This document shows, piece by piece, positions 53,951 through 64,000 of a stretch of 64,000 nucleotides of DNA (the stretch's first letter is position 1; each line of letters starts with the position of its first letter). The stretch is from Vicugna vicugna. Lineage: Eukaryota. The stretch spans positions 2,238,820-2,302,819 of the forward strand of contig MU062839.1 of NCBI GenBank assembly GCA_013265495.1. Reading direction: 5' to 3'. A program made the translations under genes and the position numbers. Below the pieces are notes generated by a model, which had not been told where the DNA came from, made no database searches, and saw nothing but the letters and a program-made list of their open reading frames with translations.

Positions 53951-56900
53951 CTTAAGAAAAAAAGAAAGAAAGGAAATGCAAAGTAAGGTTATTTATCTCT
54001 AGAATAGAAAAAAAAATCTAACATCAAGGAAACAAACTTTAAATGGTTATCTGTAAAGCTAAGATGATTTGGGTTAGATTGTTAAGATATAAGGCAGTGA
54101 TCACATATTATTTATTCCACAAAGTAGTTATCCAGAAGAACAGATTCACAGAGACTGAAATAGTTCCATCTTGCTTTTACTTCCACTGACCTTAGAGTAT
54201 ATTAAATTGGCCACATTTTCCTTTGGCAGTAATACAATAACCACAAAGCACAAGACTTAATACTGAAGCAAATCGTAAAGGGCATCTAGTCCAACCCACC
54301 ATCTAAAGCTTAAACTGCAATCAATGTAAAAACTGGAGTTCAAAAATACAGTCAGTATTTATATACCTTGTCAACACTAGGCCCTGTGAATTGATGGCAT
54401 GCTTATAATAGAATTCTCAGTTTGGAAATGCTGAGGTAAATACATCTTTAAAGCCTAGAACTATTAAAAAAAAAAAGTGCCCTGTGGTTTGTATTCAGGC
54501 TCTCATACTGAAATCATCTGATGTAAACCTGCAGGTCAGTCTCTGTAATTGGGCCACAACCATCAGGTTTTCCAGCCTTCTGGAAGAAATACTGACAGAA
54601 GCAAGTAGTTGCCGGAGAGAATGTAGCTATTATCATCATTCATAGAGCCAGCCACACACTTTGCCAAATAATTTCTGGTTTCACAGGGAAGGGGACAATG
54701 AAATTGCCAAGTTCTTAGGGAGAAGGGATGAGATAAGCCTCTTCTCGTTAAAGGATATCAAATAACAGATGCATCCCCCAACTAGGAGTTACTGCTTTTC
54801 TTTAAATTTAGAATTACAGTTCAAGAAGGTGCTAAACTCTGCTCACCTTCCAGAGCTAAGGGTGGAATGCAGAATCGAGTGCAGCTTGCTGCTTTCTACC
54901 CAACCTGCTTCTTAGGCATCTGAGTGCCCGTCACCAACAGAGTGGGAGAGACAAAAGAATGCCTCCTAGACTAAAGGAGAAATAGCTCAGCTGGGGAAAT
55001 GTCAACTGAGTGACCTACCAGCCCCTGGATTATGACAGCAGCTATTTTGAAAATAGTCCATTTGCCTGATTCCGTACTTCATCTGAGGGCAGATGGTATC
55101 ACTGGCTGAATGGCTACAGAATGAGAGGGGAAAGCCTTCAAGCATGCAGACAAGTTCTACACGGAAGCACATCCATTCCTGGGGCTTCTCATTAAAGACT
55201 CTCAAAATCTTTAGAAAGGAATTACAGCAGAACAAACTCCTGCACCCCAGTTTCCCTTGAGAAAGATACTTCAGTGGAATCCCTTTATTTACTGAGGAAT
55301 AACTGAAGTTACTTTCGTAGGGACTGTGATCATGCCAGAGCCTACAACATGTTAGCGGAAGGAGGGGGATTACAATCGTAAACATTTGGCTCACATTAGA
55401 GAATAAGCCAATAATTCTACAAAATGCTTAGCCTGATGGCTAACAATATATGTTAAATCTGTCTAGTCAGGGGGCAGTTAAAAAAAAAAGGTGAGGCATT
55501 CACTCACATACTACAAACTACCAGTGAGTCTTCTGAAATGCAGGGACCAGGATAAGAAAATTTTTTTGAAATAGTTTGGGCTTCTAGAGAAAGAAAACAG
55601 ATTCTGGAAAATAGATGAGCAACATACCCCAAGAGGAAAAGCTTGCAATGATTTCTAATTGGGTGTTCCTAATTTAGTGATATTAGTAGGAAACTACGGA
55701 AGGTCTAGAATAGCATGGAAATGTGAAACACAGGCTCACACAGAGGGATTTTTATTTTTTGTCATTCCTTACTATGCATAGTAGACTTTCAAACAATGTT
55801 TTGCAATTAAACTTAAAAGATTAATTGCTTTACTCTAGGGAAGAAATGTGTTAAATCTGATTTAACAAACTCTTAAGATGAGTGAAGGGATGCAGTAGTG
55901 AGCCAATATTTATCTTCACTGAAGGCAAAAATTAATAGAACTACAATTGATGAAAATAACATTTAGTGATATGTCTCCCTTGTGAGAATTTCTCCAAGTT
56001 GCTCAACCAGAGAAGAAAATAACCAGCTTGCCTCATTAGCGTGGCCCTGATGACTTATGCGAATGGACCAGCATTTTAGCAAAGAAGAGATGATGTTAAG
56101 AGTGATATTCTCATTGTTACTGTCCCTTCTTTTACCACACCATAGCCCCTTTCAGAACCACTATAAAATTGAGTAAGTGCTATAAAACCCTCAGTTTTCT
56201 TATCTATGAAGCAGATTATAATAACATCCATCCTATAGGCTTCTTGGTACTAAGGGCTTGTCCTGGTGCCAGGCACAGATTACCACCTCAGTGCATATTA
56301 GATGATCCTGTTACTCATGGATTCATAACTGGGACCATTGGTCTCTATTAAAGACAAGGAAATGTAGCCAAAAGAAACAAAATGGGATAAACAAGCAAAC
56401 ATGACCATTCTGTTTCCAGTAATTCATCAGATAGTCATGAAATTTGGGTATCTATGGGTTTCAGTAATTTAGTGGGATTTCCCAACATAGGGTGTTTTAA
56501 GGACTTTATATCTAAGTATTTTAAAAACTATCTGGCTTATTAGTTGCTGTAATGTTTATGGATAAGTGATACCCTATATAAAATTATCCAAGTGTCTGAA
56601 TTTTAAAATAATATATGGCTACAGATTTAATCATAAATACAGTTATAAATGTATTTTAAAAGTGGAGACTTTTAATTACAACATGTATTTTGAAATAGTG
56701 AGTCTGTTTAAGTGTAAAGTTTCTAAAATTCTCGTATCTATTTTTAGACTTTGTAACAAGATGGCTTTAAATTAGATTATGAATCGCTGCATAAAAATTA
56801 GAGTATCTAAGAGAGCTGTTGCTTTGTAAATGACAACAATGAAGCCCATAGAAGTTGCAAAACCTGCCCAGTCATATAGTTATTGGTAACTACATTTTTG

Positions 56901-57009
56901 GAGTTAAATTTTTCCTTGAACTCAATGCTGTAATTGATTATAAGCAGACCTGAATCTTTCTACATGCCAAAGATGTTAGAAAGAACATTATCATCTACAG
57001 AACAGGACC

Positions 57010-57470
57010 TTTTAGTAGTCCAAAATTGTAAACAACTTAAATGCCCATCAGTGTAACCAGATAAGCAAATAGCGGTATACCCAGACATAAGAAATAAAAG
57101 AAGAAAATAAGAAACAAACTACTGGTACAGTATGGATGAACTTCAGAATCATGATGCTGAGTGAAAGAAGTCATGCCCCCCACAAAAGGAATATTTACTG
57201 TATAATTTCATTTATATAGAATTCTAGAACAGAGAAATCGAATCAATGGTGACAGAAACCTATCAGTGGGTGCCTGGAGACAGGAGTGGAGGGAGTGACA
57301 GATTACAAATGGACATGAAGAACCTTTTGAGGGTGAACTATTTAACATCCGGATTGTAGTGATGGTTTTATGGATGTATACTTATGTCACAACTGATATT
57401 TTTAAGGTGTACACTTTAAATATGCATCACTTATCAGACTTTAATTTTATTCCAATAAAATTGTAGAATA
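57010..57470 (+). mobile_element. Old L1M 3' end
   Basis: 'aaacaacttaaatgcccatca...atgctgagtgaaagaag...tactgtataatttcatttatatagaattctagaacag'. Confidence 0.75.
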
Positions 57471-60400
57471 AACCTTACTGTCCAAGCCTGTTTTGCAGCT
57501 CCTTTTACACAAGTAATGAAAAAAAAAGCAAACCAGTAAGTACATTACTTTCCTGTTAAGTCAGCAACAGTGATCTCAGTGATTTCAAGTATTAAATAAG
57601 ATAAGTAATGAAGGACCTTCTGGTTTATATCCTTAAAGAAGGTTTAGTTTATTTAAAAATAGTGCTTCCTCAGTGTTTAATGAAAAAGATATCAGGACTT
57701 AAAGGGTATAGATCTGCAAGTAATATAAGCCAGTTAAAAGTGCTTCAGTGATTACATCTCTCTTCTGAAATGTTGTCAAATGAATGCTGTCATTGACTGT
57801 GATTTAAATGGATTTGTGGGAAACAGTTTTCAGTTTCATCTGGAACGTCTTCTTGGCATTCTAACAAATAAACAATCTGTAGAATATCTAGCATGTGAAT
57901 CCACTTAGAAGAAGAAATTATTCTAAAAGTATCCAGTAGCATGTGGTATTCTCTGGACTGTTAAGTTCCACTTATGATCTGCTTAACTTCTGGAGAGCAG
58001 TGACTGGCAGAAAAGAGACACTCAAAATTTTGCTGAGTTTATTTCAGATTGGCCAAGATGACAGGTCACACTTGGCTGAAAATTTATTGTTAGTTTCAGG
58101 TACTAGTACTGACTAATCCAGTCCTTCTCAAAATTGAGAAATGAACCAAAGGGGAAAAAAAAATTTAAGAACTCTACCCACTGCCTTAAAAAAATGCTTC
58201 TTACATAGAGTACAAATACAAATTTTGTTTATGAGCTTTCTTCAGGTATAAACCAAAAATTATTTTACATATTAAATGCACACAAAATTACAACATCAAT
58301 AACATTTGCAATTTAACTTGACAGATGATAATGTTTTGCTAAAATTAAATTGCCTGTCAAAGTGAGTATGATATGGTATGGACGCTATGGTGCTGGTTTC
58401 ATTTTTTTCATTTTTGTTTTGTTTTGTTTTGTTTTGTTTGTTTTCAAGTCCAGCGTATTTCTAGGAATAATGGCCATATGGTATCTTTGCTGGGCCACTC
58501 ATACCTGTGTTCCACTGGGCAAGTTACTTAACTTCTTAGTTCCTCCGTTTCATGTCTATAGGAACTGCCATATTTGTAATAACAGCCAAAAGAAATAATA
58601 TCTTAAACAACATACGCTAGCTCATTTTATTTTCATATCAATGTTGTGAGGTGGGTACCATTTTTCAGGTAGACAACCTGAAGCTCAGAAACAGTAATTT
58701 GCCCAAGGTGACATAACATCACCAGCAAATGACTGAAGTAGGACTCTAAATCAGACCTGCAAGGTTAACCACCATCCCATGCTATCGCTCATAATGCTCA
58801 TAATTCCTGGCTCATCAAGATTAAATGCATCAATACATGCAAAGTGCTAAGACTTATGCCAGACTCATAACAACATTCAGTAAAGGATGGCTGTGGTTGA
58901 TTATTTTCTCTTATCTCCCACTACTTTTCTTTAAGAGTATGGTGATGTCCCACAGCCCTTCACCTGACAAGAACGTATCACATACTAAGTCTATCTCACG
59001 TCTTTTCTCATCAGTTGGACTAATTAAATTGGTGAAACACAGTGTCTATGCAACTTGATACACAATTTGGGCCCAGAAAAATCACAGCACTAACCAGGCT
59101 AGATTCCTATTGATTCCTTTATTTAATCTTTTAAAATAAAAACTGGTGGACACCTAAGAATATAACCACAGACTCCTCCACTCCACCTGCCCCTTTCAGA
59201 GAAGGGACACACTTTATAAGACTGCTCACTTGTTTACACTTTTGAGAGAAAGTGATAGCTCTGGACAGCTTAAAAACAGAATTTGCATGCATGGTGGATT
59301 GTAAGTTGATCCTTTGTCTCCTTTTTTGCCCAGCACGGTACCTGGCACAGAGCTGAGACTCACATGGTTGCTGAGTTGAATCCCAGAGCCACCAAAGGCA
59401 TGGAGAAATTAACCAGAGACAGGCAGAACAAAGTGCAGTGCCAAACAGGTCAGTGAAAACCGTGCAGAACAAACAATTTACACCAACTCCAAGTCCCACA
59501 GTTCTAGGCAAAGAACTCTTTATCATGACAAATACATTGCTGTGACTGACTTAAAACTGTTGAGTCAGATGGGGTCAGCACCTGTTGAATTTAAATTCGG
59601 TTTTTCTCTCCTTTACGTATAGACTTTTCTTGTCAGTATGAAGAATAACTTTGCCTTACTCTTTGGGGGTCCAGATCTGAGCCTGACTACTCAGAAATAA
59701 AGAACACTGGAAACTGGGAAGCCTCTATGTTGCTCTCGGCATTTGGAGGGCAAGCTCATGCTTGAGCTTAAAACAACCGCATTAACAATGCCCGCAGTTC
59801 CCATGCTCATCTCCATCCCGCGGTGACCGTGCAGAAGCCACGTTGTCACGCTGTTGTCACCTGCCAGGTAACGGGACCTTAGCAGGGAACCCTTGTGGGA
59901 CGTCCGCTCGGAGACTGAGGGGGAAACATGGCTTCTGGCTCGTCCCTGGGGCCTCCCTACGACCTGGAGCGGCGGAAGTGGGACTTCAGTTGGGAAAATG
60001 GAAGGGGAAGCGCGGAAGAGCGCGATCAAAAGATCGCAGCCCTGCAAAGTGCGCCTAGGGGTGTGGACGCCTCCGCAAGCTCTCGGCTTTTCTGAGAGTT
60101 CTTGCGTCAGCCGGGGGCTTCTGAAAGGAAGCCAGGACGGCCCTGGACGCAGAACCCTCAATGCAGCAAAGTACAGACCTAGTTCTGTGCCCTTATAAAG
60201 GACCCTTCTCCTTAGGAGCTCTCTCCACCCCCCAAGCGGGGGCGGGGACAGCCAGGAGGGATCCAGATCTTTCGGCTTCCGGAAGTCGAAACGGCCCTTT
60301 AGACACCAGTCTAAGAATTTGAAACTCTCAGGCCACTATCGTCAAGACAGACTGTACTCAAGATCACCTTCGGATGATTGAAGGATGAACATCCTGAGGC

Positions 60401-60713
60401 CCACAGCCCTGGTCGTTCAGTATCATCTGAGGTGGTGCCTGGAAATGTGCACCCTTCCAAAAGCTGATTTAGTAGACGAACGTCTGCAGCCTCCGCTCCT
60501 GTCCCAGCAGCGCCCCTCCCTCCCCACCTCTCCGCCCCCCGCAAAGGACCCCAGACCAAAGGGAGAAGCGCTGTTTCCCAGTCCGAGTGCCAACCTCGCA
60601 GAATCGCCAGCAAGGGTCAGCCGGGCCTGGGGCGCCGCCCGAGCTCCGCCACGCCCCCCCTTCCCCTCTCGGGCCAGGCTGGCAGCGCCCCCGCCGCAGC
60701 CCAGCACCCACAC

Positions 60714-60780
60714 CTTTTGCGATGACTTCCAGCAGCTCCTTTTCTTCCTGGCTCAGCTCGCCTTTCTTTATGTGAACCAT
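60714..60780 (-). CDS. ANKMY2: ANKMY2 exon 1 coding part (MVHIKKGELSQEEKELLEVIAK-G)
   Basis: gcgATGg strong Kozak; AAAAG|gtgtgg donor; no upstream ATG seen in 60781-61010. Confidence 0.96.
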
Positions 60781-61391
60781 CGCTCCCGCCAGCTTGAAGG
60801 CTATTCTGTTTCTTTGGAAGTATTAAGAAGAAACGATGTGTCCGTATTAAGGACGCCAACCACAATGTTAGGCAACTTGAGACCAGGACACTGAGTAGCC
60901 AACCGCGGAAGCTTTCGAATTCTCTCCTCCCTCCCGCGGGCTGGCGAGCAGCAGGCGAGCTCGGGCGAGCCGAGCAGGCGGTCTGTGCAGGCCGAGCGGT
61001 AGTCTCCGCCCCCTGCGCATCATTGGCCCGACTGGGAGGAGGAGCTGCAGAAGGCGGCAGCGAGACGCTCCCATTGGAGCGGCCTGGGAAGGAACAACCA
61101 AGTGGAGAAAATCTGAGTGGGGGGCGGTTAAATGCCTCTTACATGTTTTCCACCGTCTCCTTTCCGGTTCAGATATTTAGGGACACTAAATTATTATGTT
61201 TTGTGTCTGGAAGTTCCGTGTTCGGCAATCCCTGCTTAGGGAGTGCAGAAGTCCCTGGGTCTCGCTGTACACCCCGCTTCATTTCCCCAGGAATGGAGCG
61301 GCCCAGGCTGGGGGCGGGCCGAGAGGCGGGGCGGCGTGGGAGGCGGAGCTGCGCCGAGCTCCGTGTGTCGATGTCAATGTGTCTGTCCTTC

Positions 61392-61493
61392 ACTCCTCCA
61401 TTGTCTGCCGCCACCGCTGCCGCCGCTGCCACCGCTGCTGCCGGAATCGCCGCAGTCCCCAGTCTCGCGCGTCGCCGCTACCTCCTCGGACAG
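61392..61493 (+). other. BZW2: BZW2 non-coding exon 1 (5'UTR); start approximate, coding exons lie beyond the window
   Basis: TCACTCC initiator-like element at 61390-61396; GCN repeat and ...GCTACCTCCTCGGACAG|gtgag donor match my recall of the human BZW2 leader; head-to-head with ANKMY2 as recalled for human. Confidence 0.8.
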
Positions 61494-64000
61494 GTGAGAA
61501 GCAACTCAGGTAGGGAAGAGGGGAGCCGAGAAGCCTTCGACAACCCGGGCCAGAGCCCCACCGGGCGCTTCCCCTCGACCCGAGCGTGCCTGGGAGGAAG
61601 CATGTGCCTGCTGGGGCGGCTTCCTGCCTCTCGGTGGGGAAGACTCCCCTCCACCCCGTTACCCTCACACATAGTGCTTATCAGTGCCCCGGAGTGGAGA
61701 CCCGCCACTCGCCACATTTGGCCGCCCCGGGAGACCGAGAGCGGGCAGGGGCCGGCCACGCGGTGGGAAGTGGCGGTGCGCATCGGCTCATGCGTGGCAC
61801 CGCCAGATGCAGCTCCCGGGGAAGCCAGGGTTGAGGCTTTGGACGTGAGGTGGAGAGGAGAACTCCCCATTGAGAGCGAGGTGAAGGCATGATGAGAGTT
61901 GTCTCGGGAGAAGGTAGTTCTCTTCCCACCCCCCAACCCCGCCAAATCACACACACTACTTGTCATCTCCTCTGCCTCTGTAGAAGCTGTAGGAGAAAAC
62001 TGGATCTGATCGCCCTGTGGTGCCTGTTAAGGATGTTTGAAATCAATTTACACTTGCATTAATACTTCGTTTAAGAGAGACCGCGGGGCCGGGGTTGGGG
62101 GGCCCGGGGAGGTGGCGAGGAAGGGCCTCTTCGTTCTGCTGGAGTTCCCAGTCTCTTTGTAACTGAGATCTTGAGATTTATGGAAATAGGGAGGGGAGGG
62201 GGAGGAGCGGAGATTAAATTGGTGTTGCTGTCTATATATAGCCTTAGATTAGCCACTTAATCCAACCTTCATTCAACTGTAATATGTAGCCTCAAGCTTC
62301 CACCGTAGGAAGCTAGAGGGTAAATACTAGTGGGCACCCTTCTGTGGCTCAGAAACAGGAAACTTGCTTGCTAATATGAAGTCAGTCATTCCTCCAGGGT
62401 GCCCATCCTTAATATATTTACTGCATCAATGAGAGCTTCTTTAGACGTTCCTGTTTACCTTTTACTGTTGTTTCTCTATAGACTACCAGTAGACTACTAT
62501 TGATGTTTCTCCCAAGACCTTCAAAGAGAAATACTTAAATAATTATGTAGATGTTTTTGTTAAGCATCCCCCCCTTTCTCCCCCCAGTGCCCTATATGAA
62601 GTGAAATGTATTTTCCTCTGGTCTTACACCTTCATTCTTTGGAAGCACTCACCAACACTTTTGAAATCCTGAAAGATGATCATTATTATTTCCTGCCTTT
62701 AACAAACAAATTTCCCCAAATCCCAGCTGTTCTTGTCTAAGGCTTTATCTTTGCAGGCTGGGGCAGATTTGAGCCTGAACATCTCACATGAAAATGGTTT
62801 GAAATTACTCATTTCAGTGTATTAACAAAGAAACTTTTGTTTGGTGATGCTTTCATAATGATGTGACTGTTCAAACAAGTAGTAAGGCTTTTGAGTGACC
62901 CATCTTTTGTAACACTTAGAATGGTGTTATTGCCACAATTACAACTGATTGAATACATCTTATCATGAAGAAGAAACCCACAAACCTATGAAAATGCTTG
63001 TAGAGTAACCTTTCCCTCACTGTGTGACTTAACATCTTACTGTGGATGTTACAGAATTGGGTACTTCATTGCCAGTATTTCCATCTCTTGTGCCAAATTG
63101 GGGCCATGGTTACTTGAAGGTCACACCTGTTTGTCTCACCAAGGTTGTCAGTTCCTCGAGGATAGCAGTTTATTTTCTTGGTGCCTTATGGCTCCTGTTT
63201 GGTATTTAGTCCTCTGAGAAGAGTGACCAGTAAATCTAGAGCCAATGACTTTTAAAGTGAAAAAACAACATCTACATGGAAGTGCAGGTAAATAATATGT
63301 TAAGTTTAAACTTCTAGAAACAGATAATGTAATGGGTAGTGTTCATCAGATGGATTACATTAATCATTTTGTACAGTGTTAATATTTAATGTAGGAGTAA
63401 GATTAGCTAGTAAGCAGAACTTAGAGTAGATCAGGGAACTTTTTTGGTACTAAAAATACATTCACATCAAAGAAGTTTTTTGATAGTAAAATAGCTTCTA
63501 CTGATTGAGTGTTTAGTCTGTGTCAGATATTCTACCAGATGGTTTGTATAGGATTAGTTTAATCATTGTTATAGTGACCCAGGAATTAGCCAATATTACC
63601 TCTATTTCTGAAAATCAGAGGACAAGCAAAAAGAAGTTAATTTGCCCACAGCCGCATAGGAAGTGTCAGGGCCAGAAATGAAACCTAGATCTGTCTCCAA
63701 AACCTTTTCTCTTTTCAGTATTCTCTATCTATGTGGGAGGGTGAGTGAGGGGGATATTTTATATTCCTTAGCTAATAGGTAATACATTCACGTGGTTCAG
63801 CATGCCAAAGGTACAGAAGACTCCTACCTCTTTCCCCAGTTTCTTCTTCATGCCTTACCACCAGTGGTGTCAATTTTTCTCATACTCTTCCTAAGAAGTT
63901 GTATGTGTTTATGGCTTATAAGTGTATTTCTACTTTTTTTTTGTAGCAGAAATGGGAGCATACTAACACACTTCCACACTGTGTAATAGCATTTATATGA

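Larger units (their letters stand above)
28902..60780 (-). other. ANKMY2: ANKMY2 gene, complete CDS in 10 exons (ankyrin repeat and MYND domain-containing protein 2, 441 aa)
   Basis: Exons 67+65+139+99+161+215+136+129+130+185=1326 nt, all GT-AG, no internal stops; MVHIKKGELSQEEKELLEVI...APAGPQVSEE* matches recalled ANKMY2. Confidence 0.97.
59760..62115. promoter_or_regulatory. CpG island / bidirectional promoter shared by ANKMY2 (-) and BZW2 (+)
   Basis: Sharp rise in GC and CpG content versus the AT-rich window; GC boxes (GGGCGG about 61111, 61311, 61328), inverted CCAAT (ATTGG about 61022, 61073), NRF1-like TGCGCAT 61014-61020, ETS cores. Confidence 0.9.

Noticed and set aside
61023-61892. 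289-aa ORF spanning the promoter, BZW2 exon 1 and intron 1
   Set aside because: GC-rich CpG-island DNA lacks stops by composition; the ORF crosses a real splice donor and shows no recognisable domain.
59691-61966. Cluster of overlapping 60-170 aa ORFs on both strands
   Set aside because: Same CpG-island artefact; only 60714-60780 is supported as coding.
61494-64000. BZW2 coding sequence
   Set aside because: No match to the recalled BZW2 N-terminus; this region is intron 1.

Overview
Mammalian genomic DNA: AT-rich, repeat-laden, with one CpG island and three short N gaps. tRNA-Ala-derived SINEs of the vic-1 type suggest a camelid (inference). Three genes are recognisable from spliced exons with intact GT-AG boundaries and consistent phases. 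(1) The last six coding exons of LRRC72 (+, 9647-20806; 630 nt incl. stop). (2) The complete 10-exon ANKMY2 CDS (-, ATG at 60780, stop at 28902; 1326 nt = 441 aa; ankyrin repeats plus an intact MYND zinc finger). (3) The non-coding first exon of BZW2 (+, ending 61493), head-to-head with ANKMY2 across a CpG-island promoter. Gene identities come from my recall of the human proteins and locus, not a database search. The rest is intronic or intergenic, with L1, L2, MIR, MaLR/ERVL LTRs, MER20, a Tigger2 MITE and SINEs; repeat boundaries are approximate. Most ORF-track entries are spurious. I see no new multi-gene system. The best second-look signals are splicing-level and micro-rearrangement features. 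The ANKMY2 exon1/exon2 junction regenerates a 14-mer identical to the real exon-6 donor. Exon-9 skipping would give an NMD-immune basic C-terminus. Exons 3-7 could circularise into a stop-free 750-nt ring. A chimeric copy of the LRRC72 stop region is joined through a G4-type linker to a copy of a distal sequence. There is also a perfect 46-bp direct repeat in intron 5.
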